From IMG/VR virus record IMGVR_UViG_2924880783_000005, positions 1-64,000 of that record: a stretch of 64,000 nucleotides of DNA; one strand, 5' to 3'. This DNA is from a virus (Duplodnaviria > Caudoviricetes). The position numbers and the translations under genes are program-made. Within the stretch, counting starts at the first letter, position 1, and every line of letters starts with the position of its first letter. This document shows positions 17,272-26,592 of this stretch, one piece after another. Under the pieces are notes generated by a model. The model made no database searches. It was not told the origin of the DNA and saw only the letters and a program-made list of their open reading frames with translations.

Positions 17272-17341
17272 CGGGCACTCGGGGAATCGAACCCCGAACC
17301 CTGCACGATAGCGCAAAGTGTGGCATTCCTGCCACGTGCCC
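17272..17341 (-). ncRNA. tRNA-like cloverleaf, non-canonical, no encoded CCA
   Basis: Minus strand GGGCACG-TGGCA GGAA TGCCA-CA-CTTTGCGC TATC GTGCAGGG-TT-CGGGG TTCGATT CCCCG-AGTGCCC-G; canonical T-arm, 6-bp acceptor stem. Confidence 0.65.
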
Positions 17342-17381
17342 AAAAAATTGCCGTGCATTTCACCCTGCACGGCAAATTTTT
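17342..17381. terminator. Bidirectional intrinsic-terminator-like hairpin abutting the tRNA-like element
   Basis: 10-bp stem 17348-17357/17366-17375 with T-tracts on both strands. Confidence 0.6.
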
Positions 17382-17899
17382 CGTAACTTTGTCGCACCTT
17401 ATAACGTACCCCATAGCAGGCTATCCAAATGAGCGTATTTTCGGCATATCGTGTATCGGCTTACTCACGTTTCATTCGTGTCGTGGCACTGCGCTGCTTT
17501 ACTCCAATTTCGGCAAGACGCTTCTCTGGCACGTCCCGGATCTTTCCCAATCCGGCAGCTAACTTTAAGGTGAGGCATTTAGGCGTTGCCGCCGAGCTGG
17601 GTATTGGGTATAGCATTGGCATATACATTTACCAGCGTCCTCTATGCGGATAGTTTTTACCGCTCGTGCATTTTATTCCGAGCGCACAAGGGCGCAATTA
17701 TGGCATTATTCTTACACGTCCTTTTTCCATACAACTCTCGCACTCCCAAAATTTAGCGTGCTTTGTGTATGCGGACTAAAAACACGTTTTTAGCCGTTCC
17801 AACTTGCTACATTGGTTTGTAGTCTTGCTCGGTGTGGTTATTTAACACCCTATTTAATCGCTCCAAAGCGAACAAGCGAATTTTTGATTTTCCAAGCCT

Positions 17900-17907
17900 C
17901 AAAAATA
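17900..17907 (-). promoter_or_regulatory. Candidate Bacteroidota -7 element (TATTTTTG) for the early leftward operon
   Basis: Matches TAnnTTTG; no clear -33 element. Confidence 0.35.
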
Positions 17908-18975
17908 GGTTTCCCACAAAAAGGGCTTTTTGTTTCTCGCTCTCGGCGGACTGTTTTTTCTGTTTCTTAAATCTGTTTTTTAGTTATCTATTTTTTTGTT
18001 CGTTTTTCTCCGTACTTGTTTGCCGTTTGTTTGGCTTTCGAGTACATGACTATTATAAAACCGTTTTTCCAATCTCCAAAACTTTTTGCAAAAAAAATTT
18101 TTGAGGTTTCCCAAAACAGCCCTTTTGCGAATATGGAACGCCCGCGCGCGAGGAGGCTTTGTAAACGATTGAATAACAGCCGTTTATAAAAAGTTGAAAA
18201 AAATTTTTTCTTTGCAAAAATCAAAAAAGCCCCGATTCAAAGCGTATAACAAAATGAAAGTTTGCATAAATAGCTATTTATCAGATAATTATAATTGATA
18301 TAAACCTGAATATAAAAGCGAAATGCAAAAAACACTTTTTTATGCTTTCAATTTGTAAGATAACAAAGATAAAAAAGGCATTTTAGGTTTACTTTTCAAT
18401 AAAGTAAACCATATAATATATTGATATTCAACAAAGTGATAAAATTAAAAAGAATGTGGAGGGTGCGCTTGCGGGTGCGGATTCGGTATCTGTCCTCGGG
18501 CCGTTTTTCCAAGTCCGACTTTTGAAATCGGGATGAAATGCCTTCCAGATGCAAAAATTATAAGTATGGCGCGGAATATATATGGATTTACTCGGATGAA
18601 ACGCGGCATATCTGTTTGTGCTGTTTATATCTGACATTTTTTCTATATATATAGACTTTTCTGCATTTTTTCCTTTTACTGCTGTCTTGGGTTTCGTGAC
18701 GGCTTGCATTTATATACGGGGTTTCTTAAGATTCGGAATCCGGTGGGATGATACGCCATTTTCGGCGGTTGTTATGGTGTCGGGTTGATTATCAAGAATA
18801 AACGGATTGAGTTCAGATTATTCCTATTACATAGAAATCTGTGTTTTAGCAATATATATGATATATAGGGTGAGAGACATCGTTAATATCTGACTTATTT
18901 GTACAGTTTTTGCTTTTTTATATTAAAAGCCGGAGTTTTGGGGTTTAGGTTCCCGATTCTTTGCTGAATAATATA

Positions 18976-18983
18976 TATATTTG
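18976..18983 (+). promoter_or_regulatory. Bacteroidota -7 element TATATTTG upstream of the 19004 ORF
   Basis: TAnnTTTG match 20 nt before ATG. Confidence 0.5.
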
Positions 18984-19003
18984 CAGTATAGTCCAGTTCA
19001 TAT

Positions 19004-19888
19004 ATGGCCACTGGGACACCCCTAACCGCTGAAATGAACCGATACATGAATATGAAGTCAAAAAAAAGCAAGCATATATTATCCCAGGATTCGAATACAC
19101 CCGCTGACGGTGGCATCCGTAAAGGGAGCGTCGTCGTAAACTCCCTGACTGCGGAGATAGGCATAGCGAGCAACATTGATGAAGAGTGCGCGGCCATAGC
19201 AGTGCGACGTACGGCTGAGGGCAAGCTGTGTGATGAGGAGGTCGTGGTGTATCTGAGGGATTGCCGCTCCGCCACACGGAAAGAACAGAGAACGTTGCAG
19301 CATTTGTTGAACGATCGGCAGTTGCTATGGGATACGCGTCATTGTCGGCTCAAAAAAAACACTTATACGCCTCAAAACGGTGCCCGCGTACAGCTCAGTA
19401 CGCTTGGCAGAGAGGTTATCATCGGAGTGTTCAAGGAGTTTGATAGCGAAGGCCGCATCATCATGTACTGTATGATGCAGCCGGAAAAACGTCCCACCTA
19501 TTCGATGCATGAGGTGGCTGGCAAGGCCGGTGATTTCCAGATACAGCCCGTGGGTTCTACCGCCCGTATGAAGCTGGATCGGGCGCTTGCGGCCGAAGGT
19601 CTTGTCTGGAACGGGCACCTGCGTTGCATGGAGACCGTCGGCAAACGTCAGTTGCGGGGGCAGGTCTATTACTATCTTAACGAGTTGTATGAGATCTGCG
19701 AGGTGAGAGATACGTACAAGCTACGCGACCGCAAACGCATGGCCGTAGGGAATCGTTTTGCCACACGCGAGGCGGCGGAGAGCGTGCGGGAGTGCCTCGT
19801 GTCGATCCTGCGCATGCGGCACAGCGCGGAGGCGGAAGGCCGGCGTATCGCAAGGGACGACATCGATGGGGGAAATAAGAAGAAATAG
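19004..19888 (+). CDS. Hypothetical protein with two internal similar segments (LLNDRQLLWD / LAAEGLVWN)
   Basis: 294-aa ORF. Confidence 0.7.
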   Translation: MATGTPLTAEMNRYMNMKSKKSKHILSQDSNTPADGGIRKGSVVVNSLTAEIGIASNIDEECAAIAVRRTAEGKLCDEEVVVYLRDCRSATRKEQRTLQHLLNDRQLLWDTRHCRLKKNTYTPQNGARVQLSTLGREVIIGVFKEFDSEGRIIMYCMMQPEKRPTYSMHEVAGKAGDFQIQPVGSTARMKLDRALAAEGLVWNGHLRCMETVGKRQLRGQVYYYLNELYEICEVRDTYKLRDRKRMAVGNRFATREAAESVRECLVSILRMRHSAEAEGRRIARDDIDGGNKKK

Positions 19889-20409
19889 TGTTTATTCGTT
19901 TTTGTTTGTTTCTCTGGAAGGAAAAGTATCTATCCGTTCCTCTGTCCGATAATAAACGGTTTCATCAGAAAACAAAAAATTAACAGACGGCGCCTGCCGT
20001 CTGCCATATCTTGTTTCTTTTTTGGTATCTTTTTTCTTTGCTTCAAAGAAAAAAGTACATTACAGTTCTTTATCTTACTTCTTATATCTATATATCTTAT
20101 ATTGCTTGTACTTTTGTACAAGCCTCCGGGCGGGGCATTTGTACATTCGGCCATCTCTTTTGTACGTTTGTACACGCCCCCCGTATTTTTACGGTCAGAG
20201 AACTTTTCATCCAGATAAAATATCAAAAAAACAGACAGAAATACATTGTCTCCTTAATTTTGCAACAATATTTTCCAAAACAAAATATTGAACCGGATAG
20301 TCGTCACATGCACAAGACCGCGAAACACGAGGGAAAAGAGGCGGTCTGTGCGATGATTTCAGGTGAGATCACGGATGATACAGTGTAGGAGCATGCTTCG
20401 TATAAAATA

Positions 20410-20437
20410 AAAAGCCGCTGAATGTTCGGCGGCTTTT
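20410..20437. terminator. Bidirectional intrinsic terminator
   Basis: aaaagccgctga-atgt-tcggcggctttt. Confidence 0.65.
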
Positions 20438-20459
20438 CTGGTTTTGTGGCAACCGGTTG

Positions 20460-20870
20460 TCAGTCCTCTTCCAACCGGAGTTTCTCGTCATCGGTTATGG
20501 ACAGCACCCTCCGTCCTTGCGTTTCGAATACTTCTTTACAGAACGCGCGCAGCCTGACCGGATTCGGTGTCGTCGAGAGAATTTCGACCAGCCTGAGATA
20601 CGCCGTCATATCCCAGATATAGTCGTACTTGCCGTCGACGGGGACCCTTTCGAGCAGCCCCATGCGCATGCTTCTGCCTACATACCGCTCGAAGGTACGC
20701 CGTCCCATTCCCGTTGCCGCCAGATGTGTTTTCAGGCTGCAAACGGTGACGTGTCCCCGGTTTCTGCGTTCGGCGAGATTGGCCATGTAAGCCATAAAGG
20801 CGGCTTCGGACATTCCGAAACCCATCACAAGCCCTTTGTACACTTTGTAGAAATAGGCCTGTCCTTTCAT
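20460..20870 (-). CDS. Putative winged-helix DNA-binding protein
   Basis: 136 aa; helix pattern SLKTHLAATGMGRRTFERYV. Confidence 0.55.
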   Translation of the reverse strand: MKGQAYFYKVYKGLVMGFGMSEAAFMAYMANLAERRNRGHVTVCSLKTHLAATGMGRRTFERYVGRSMRMGLLERVPVDGKYDYIWDMTAYLRLVEILSTTPNPVRLRAFCKEVFETQGRRVLSITDDEKLRLEED

Positions 20871-21088
20871 ATGGCCTCCATAGGTTTTTGTTCGACATTT
20901 TCCGTCTCATCCTGTATTGCTTCATTGAGATAGCAATGCTGGATTTTCCGGTTAATCATCGGTTTGTAGACAGTGTATCCCAGTTTCCTGGCATATCGGC
21001 CCACGGTCACCCTGTTGGCCACCCTGCCCGTGTTCTCGATGAGATGTCTCGCCATCTCGTCGAAAGTCATTCGCTTTTTTAATTTCAT
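20867..21088 (-). CDS. Small basic DNA-binding-like protein
   Basis: 73 aa, stop overlaps the downstream ATG. Confidence 0.55.
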   Translation of the reverse strand: MKLKKRMTFDEMARHLIENTGRVANRVTVGRYARKLGYTVYKPMINRKIQHCYLNEAIQDETENVEQKPMEAI

Positions 21089-21242
21089 ACTGCTTTGTTC
21101 AAATGGTTCTTTGGATAAGGTTAGCGCCTATCCGTGTGAATTGTTTGCAACCAGTATGAATTAAAACCGGAACCGGAAAGCAAATGTATTGTGAGGAACT
21201 AACGGGTTATCATATAACTCATTTGCCATCCGGTCCACTCTC

Positions 21243-21680
21243 TTATCCCGTCATCAGGCGGACTATTTCCCCGATAACCGTATCGTTTCTTTCGTCCAGC
21301 CACTCCCGTGCGACATTCCACGAAAGCGAAGAGCTGAATATCAGGTTTTCCCGGGTTATGATGTGGTGCGACAGCCTGCCCTCCGTCGGTTTCAGCCCGG
21401 CGTCATGCAGTTCGCACAGCCCGTCATGGAAGAATATGCAATATCCGTTTTCCTGTCGTGCCTGAATCATCGGAACGACGTACGGTATGCGTCCCAGTAC
21501 CAGTCCCACGCCCCACAGCGTGGGTGCGAGCCGTTCCTTGTAGCCGGCTTTCAGGAGGCGCAGGATATCCTCGGGCGTGCCGAGGCAGGGAGTACGGCAT
21601 TGCTCCCTGCACCGGGCGCACCGGCATTCCACGGGCTTGCGTCCCGTCTCGCGGATGATGCGTTGCAGTGCCGTTTCCAT
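21243..21680 (-). CDS. YkgJ/CxxCxxC-type Cys-cluster (Zn or Fe-S chelating) protein
   Basis: CRCARCREQC...C...CIFFHDGLCELH...KPTEGR. Confidence 0.6.
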   Translation of the reverse strand: METALQRIIRETGRKPVECRCARCREQCRTPCLGTPEDILRLLKAGYKERLAPTLWGVGLVLGRIPYVVPMIQARQENGYCIFFHDGLCELHDAGLKPTEGRLSHHIITRENLIFSSSLSWNVAREWLDERNDTVIGEIVRLMTG

Positions 21681-21682
21681 AC

Positions 21683-22807
21683 TCAACGGTATTCGGGGTG
21701 TCTCTTCCACCACAGTTCGATAATGCATTCCCTGCCGACGGGGGTCCAGCGTTTGCGGGACCCGAACGTGAAAACCTTTCCGCGGTCGTTCTCCCACGTG
21801 TAGGGGACGTCACATTGCCAGGAACGGTACGCGGGCAGCACGACCCATTGTTGCTTGCTGTACATGCAGACGCCCTCTTCCTGCAGGAAACGGTGCAGAT
21901 CCCGTGACGAGGTGTTGAGTTCATCGGCGATGCGCGTGCTCCTGAACCACTCCCGCTTCTCTACAAACTCATCGTAAAAGGCGGCTTTGCGCGAGAAGTC
22001 GCGCACGACGCCGCGGAGTTCGTCGATCATGCCCAGCGCACTCTCCATATCTGTCGGGACCGGCCTGCCCAGGCAGGGCAACTCGGCGGCTCCCGCATCG
22101 CGCGGCAACATCTTGCGCCGGGCGTGTCTTGCCGTCAACGTCCCGAGCAACTCTTCGCACCACTCGGGCAGTCCGGAATCCGGCGCGATCCAACGTGCCA
22201 TCGGAACCAGCAACGGCGACTCTATCCATGTGGCGCCGTTGCCCCGTCCCCGTGTGGTAAAAATCTGGAACTCGTAGCGGTCCGTCTGTCCGGTTCGTGC
22301 CAGCTCGCGCCGCAGGTGGTCTGTGGCGGCGATACGGAGCCATTCGGAGGGTATTTTCCCGTAACGCATCGTTATCTGTGTGGCATTGACCATCAGTTTG
22401 TCCCCGACGCGTCGGAGGGTCACCGGAAAATCATCTGCGAAATGATAGACGTTGTCCGGCTGCCGTTGGGCATGAAGATTTCCCGCTTCCAGTTCGAAAA
22501 GCTGGTTGCCCCATGCTTCCAGCTCGTCAAACAGGTCCCGGGGTAGAATACTCTCCTTGCGCACGGACTGTAAAAGCCGCCTCATGTCCGACGGCCGGAA
22601 GGCCCACTGCTCACGTCCGCCCTTGCGCAGCGGCATTCTGATGGAGGACGGGCATATCTCCGCGATGCCGCCGTTCTTTAACAACTCGTCTCGTTTAAGG
22701 ATCCCGCACACGTCGTCGGCCGAGATGTGCAGCATCCCGTCATGGTTCCGCGATACACGGATGGTCGTATCGCGGAACGGAACATTTCTGTTTTCTTTCA
22801 TAATCAT
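21683..22807 (-). CDS. Antirepressor-like protein: BRO-N-like + KilA-N + ANT C-terminal domains
   Basis: ISADDVCGIL (BRO-like), VNATQI...PSEWLR (KilA-N), KAAFYD...STRIADEL (ANT). Confidence 0.75.
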   Translation of the reverse strand: MIMKENRNVPFRDTTIRVSRNHDGMLHISADDVCGILKRDELLKNGGIAEICPSSIRMPLRKGGREQWAFRPSDMRRLLQSVRKESILPRDLFDELEAWGNQLFELEAGNLHAQRQPDNVYHFADDFPVTLRRVGDKLMVNATQITMRYGKIPSEWLRIAATDHLRRELARTGQTDRYEFQIFTTRGRGNGATWIESPLLVPMARWIAPDSGLPEWCEELLGTLTARHARRKMLPRDAGAAELPCLGRPVPTDMESALGMIDELRGVVRDFSRKAAFYDEFVEKREWFRSTRIADELNTSSRDLHRFLQEEGVCMYSKQQWVVLPAYRSWQCDVPYTWENDRGKVFTFGSRKRWTPVGRECIIELWWKRHPEYR

Positions 22808-23157
22808 AATCTTGTCTCTTTTTCATCATTATCATCCTTCTTTTTATGGCGCAACACACGTTTGTGCGCCATCTGCCGTACCGAATAGTAGGCGCGTTTC
22901 TCTCCGCACAGTGCGTCGTAGTCCTGCAACCGCAATACGCCGAGTTCGGCCACCTCGATTTCGACATCCGGGTGCAGGTGCCGGAAATAGAAACCGCCGC
23001 TGCAAATGTATTTGCCTGTACAGCAGAATGAAATGGCCTGCAAGTTGCCTTTGGTCAGCTCCGCCGCGCTGTGGAGCGATCGGGTGACGGCGATGAGGAC
23101 CTGTGCCCCGTTGAAGATGAGCACCATTTTCGGGCGCTTAAAACTGCTTCGTCTCAT
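22804..23157 (-). CDS. NUMOD1-like DNA-binding protein
   Basis: VLIFN...RSLHSAAELT pattern. Confidence 0.5.
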   Translation of the reverse strand: MRRSSFKRPKMVLIFNGAQVLIAVTRSLHSAAELTKGNLQAISFCCTGKYICSGGFYFRHLHPDVEIEVAELGVLRLQDYDALCGEKRAYYSVRQMAHKRVLRHKKKDDNDEKETRL

Positions 23158-23590
23158 GATGTTCTAAAATTTGTGTTAATTCCTCACGCGTAAATCTAAG
23201 ACTGACAGCCCTTATCAGCCAAGTGTCCGAAACAGTGAGACCGTCGGTCAGCATCTCCGAGAGGCGTTCTAGCATGTAGGCGCCGAAAGCGGGTTCGATG
23301 TAAACGACGAACAGCAGTGCCAGACATTCATCAATTAACAGGTGTCCCGACGCTTCGTCCCGGACGACCAGATTGTCCGTGTCTATTCCGTAAGCCTCGG
23401 AGAGTGCCGCAATCCAATGGTGGAAGGCTATGCGGAACTCCCGGACATTGTGCCGCCGCTCGTCACTCCGGCTGCGGATGAAGTGCGTGGCGTCGAAATA
23501 GTACGGACCGTCGTCCTTTGACGTTCCGAAAAGCAGATCGGGGAATTCCTTGTACCGGATCATCCGGCAAGGAATCGAAACGGTTTTCAT
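23138..23590 (-). CDS. KilA-N-like DNA-binding protein
   Basis: YFDATHF motif; 150 aa. Confidence 0.55.
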   Translation of the reverse strand: MKTVSIPCRMIRYKEFPDLLFGTSKDDGPYYFDATHFIRSRSDERRHNVREFRIAFHHWIAALSEAYGIDTDNLVVRDEASGHLLIDECLALLFVVYIEPAFGAYMLERLSEMLTDGLTVSDTWLIRAVSLRFTREELTQILEHHETKQF

Positions 23591-23630
23591 TTTCTCTTTT
23601 TCATGTCGCTAATTTGTTAAAAATGGAATG

Positions 23631-23638
23631 CAAAGATA
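23631..23638 (-). promoter_or_regulatory. Bacteroidota -7 element TATCTTTG driving the 23590-20460 regulatory operon
   Basis: TAnnTTTG match 40 nt upstream of ATG 23590. Confidence 0.6.
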
Positions 23639-23822
23639 TATATTCCGACCATAAAAATAGTAATAAAATAGCGTATATTTTCAGTTTTAGACTAAATTAT
23701 TATCGTTGATAATTAGATGATTAGAGCGTATTTGATACGTAAAATCTATATATTTACGCCGGACTTTTTTATCTGAAATCCAAACCATAAAAGGTGTCCG
23801 CTCCATATACTTTTTTTCGGGC

Positions 23823-23853
23823 AAACTTTAGCCGGGAAACGTCTCTACTCTTT
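23823..23853 (+). promoter_or_regulatory. Putative late promoter AAACT-N17-CTACTCTTT (portal)
   Basis: Recurrent bipartite motif; ATG 27 nt after CTAC. Confidence 0.6.
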
Positions 23854-23871
23854 AGGTAAAATCAAGCGTAA

Positions 23872-25197
23872 ATGACGACATCCGACCATTCATTCAACGG
23901 CGAGCTTCTGGAGAGCATCTTTCGGACCTCGAAAAAGACCATCCAGGAATATGTCCGCGAGATCGAGCGCAACAACCGTTACCGATCCTCGCGTCAGGAT
24001 GTGATGCTGGGCTGTATTCTCGACGACCGGGCGCGGCTCATCGACCTGTACGACGCCTGCCTCCAGCAGGACGCGCATATCCGTGCCGTCATCGAGACCT
24101 TGGAGAGCCAGATTCTCGGGGACCGCTATATGCTCGCTCGCATGAACGAGAAAGGGAAATATATCAAAGACGTGGCACATTCCCGGAAGATTCAGGGTTC
24201 GCAATTCGATAAGATAATCAAAGGCATCGTGGAATCCAAACTTTACGGCTACACCCTGTTGGAGATTATGCCCACCCTTGATCCGAAGACGGGCAAACTG
24301 GCCGAGGTGAACAACATCGAGCGGCGCAACGTGCTGGCCGACCAGCGCATCGTCCTCAAACGTCAGGGGCTTTGGGAGCCGCACTGGGATTTGCGTCACG
24401 CGGCCTACGCGAGGAACTACATCCTGATCAACTCCGGGGACCTGGGGTTATTCTCGGCCACGACACCGTTGATTCTGGCCAAGAAATTCACCGTCGCCAA
24501 CTACGTCAACTTCTCGCATACCTACGGCCAGCCCATCATCCACGGCAAGACCGTCTCGGAAAGCAACGCCGACCGCAAGCGTCTGGCCAATGAAATCGCC
24601 AACGCCGCGCAGAACAAAGTGGTCGTAACGGGCATCGAGGACGAGGTGGACATCAAGACCTTCATGATGTCCAATTCGGAAAAAATCTACACGGGGCTTA
24701 TCGACTTCGTGAACAAGGAGGTCTCGAACCTGGTGCTTGGGTCCGAGTCTATGGCCGGCGGCATGCAGTCGTACGTGGGATCCACGAAAGCCCATCAGGA
24801 CATTTTCCGCGATAGGATTGAGGTTTATCGCCGGTATATCGAGAACATCATGAACGAGGAGGTCGTGCCCCGTCTGGTGGCCATGGGATACATCCCTGCC
24901 GGTCTGGAGTTCAAATACTCGAACCGCATTGAGATGAATAACGAGGACCGCATCAAACTCTACTCGCTCATCACGGACAAGTACGAGGTCGCGGCGGACG
25001 AAATCGAGAAAGAGTTCGGCATCAACGTCGGCAAACAGCTCAATGTGTTTCCGGAGGGTGCCTACGGCGGCGCGGGCGGAGTGTCTGTCGGCGGCAGCGG
25101 CAATGACCGCCATATCATGTCCGACGAGGAATATTACAAGCGGTACGGGCATCCGCGAGGGGTGCAGGTCGCAAATTTTCTGCGGGGAGCGAAGTGA
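23872..25197 (+). CDS. Portal protein, Mu gp29/DUF935-like
   Basis: LYD...QDAHIRAV, YGYTLLEI, YGQP, LVLG motifs; first gene of the head module. Confidence 0.8.
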   Translation: MTTSDHSFNGELLESIFRTSKKTIQEYVREIERNNRYRSSRQDVMLGCILDDRARLIDLYDACLQQDAHIRAVIETLESQILGDRYMLARMNEKGKYIKDVAHSRKIQGSQFDKIIKGIVESKLYGYTLLEIMPTLDPKTGKLAEVNNIERRNVLADQRIVLKRQGLWEPHWDLRHAAYARNYILINSGDLGLFSATTPLILAKKFTVANYVNFSHTYGQPIIHGKTVSESNADRKRLANEIANAAQNKVVVTGIEDEVDIKTFMMSNSEKIYTGLIDFVNKEVSNLVLGSESMAGGMQSYVGSTKAHQDIFRDRIEVYRRYIENIMNEEVVPRLVAMGYIPAGLEFKYSNRIEMNNEDRIKLYSLITDKYEVAADEIEKEFGINVGKQLNVFPEGAYGGAGGVSVGGSGNDRHIMSDEEYYKRYGHPRGVQVANFLRGAK

Positions 25198-26042
25198 GTG
25201 CCCGGCTTCCGCTCCCCGACATACTTGCGGCACGGGCCGAAAGGACAGATGCACGGAAAGAGTACGAAACGATACGCGAGGCATTCCGCCGGCTGATATC
25301 AGGTTGGGAGAACGACGCCGAGCGTAAGGATATTATCGGGGACATCATCACGCTTCGTTGCTCGTTCCTTATAGACAGGGCTTTGAAAGGTCTTCGAATT
25401 GATCTCGAACAGGCTTTGAACATCCTTCGAAACCATAATGACTTCACCACGGAGCATGAACGCCGGCAGCGGGACGTCCTTCTGGCCGCCATTGACAACC
25501 TGGTGGACTTCGCCGCCGCCGAAGAATTTGCCTTGTTGGAAGAGTTGCCCGAACAGCCGCAGGTGGAAAAGATTACTGAATACGAGGCCTTGTGCGAGCG
25601 TTACAATCTGGTCTACGCCTCCAGGGAGAACGACCAGGTGCTGTTTGCCGCCTCCATCGCGGCGTGGTGGCTGACGGTGGATGCCGGTACAATCGTCACC
25701 TTCATGACACAGGGCGACGAGCGTGTGCGGGCGTGGCATCTCTCGCTTGAGGGCCTCTCTTTCCGCAAATCGGAATTTCCTCCTGAATTGATTCCTCCCA
25801 TCGAATGGGGTTGCCGCTGCTTTCTTGTGGCGGACGGCTTCGCTTCGGTATACGGGTCACTTCCTGCTGCCGATGCGTATCGCCGGAATGTCGACCCCGT
25901 CTTTCGGGAAAGTCTGGCTACGGGAGGCAGAATCTTCTCGCCGGCACACGCCTATTTCTCCAGGCCATTGCCGGAATATGTACAACAGATCGTGAAACGC
26001 ATAAAGGAAAAGTTCAGCTATGCCGAAGATAACGCTCGATGA
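25194..26042 (+). CDS. Head morphogenesis protein (Mu gpF / SPP1 gp7 domain)
   Basis: TQGDERVRAWH...PPIEWGCRC. Confidence 0.85.
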   Translation: MSARLPLPDILAARAERTDARKEYETIREAFRRLISGWENDAERKDIIGDIITLRCSFLIDRALKGLRIDLEQALNILRNHNDFTTEHERRQRDVLLAAIDNLVDFAAAEEFALLEELPEQPQVEKITEYEALCERYNLVYASRENDQVLFAASIAAWWLTVDAGTIVTFMTQGDERVRAWHLSLEGLSFRKSEFPPELIPPIEWGCRCFLVADGFASVYGSLPAADAYRRNVDPVFRESLATGGRIFSPAHAYFSRPLPEYVQQIVKRIKEKFSYAEDNAR

Positions 26043-26592
26043 GTTTTGCCGCCAGTGGGTTCCCGGAAACTGGACGACGGTCATGGCCAGCCGTCTCGAG
26101 AACAATGTCTTTAACTTCGCGACCGTAGCCGGAGACTACGCCAGGCAGCAGTTTCAGGCGTCTTTCTCCGCCGGCGGTTTTTGCGGTCGTCAGTGGGCTC
26201 CGCGAACTTCCCGATGGGGCAAGAAATTCACCCATCCGGTGATGAACGATACGGGAACGCTGTCAAAGAGCATCGAAAAGGAAGCGAAGCGTATCGACAT
26301 TGTCGGACGGCGCAGCAACAATACGCGTATCTTCCGAAAAGGGGCCTATTATTGGATTTACACCACCGAGAAGAGCGTGCCCACCAAAGGGAAACGGGGC
26401 CGGAAAACAGATCGGTATAAGAACTATGCCGCCGTGCATAATACCGACCCGAAATTTGGGCTTTACACCGTGAACCAGTATTCATCACGGCGTCCCGTAC
26501 ACCGGCCTTTCATCGGTTTCTCCCCGAAGATAGACGAACACATCGCCGCCCATTTTATCGATAAGATATTCGAAGGATTTCCCCAGACATGA
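26020..26592 (+). CDS. Virion morphogenesis protein (Mu gpG-like)
   Basis: WAPR...MNDTGTL...YAAVHN...RPFIGFS. Confidence 0.75.
   Translation: MPKITLDEFCRQWVPGNWTTVMASRLENNVFNFATVAGDYARQQFQASFSAGGFCGRQWAPRTSRWGKKFTHPVMNDTGTLSKSIEKEAKRIDIVGRRSNNTRIFRKGAYYWIYTTEKSVPTKGKRGRKTDRYKNYAAVHNTDPKFGLYTVNQYSSRRPVHRPFIGFSPKIDEHIAAHFIDKIFEGFPQT

Noticed and set aside
17272-17341. Functional tRNA gene
   Set aside because: 4-nt loop in place of the anticodon loop, D-arm replaced by a GNRA hairpin, G-A mismatch at acceptor position 7, no CCA
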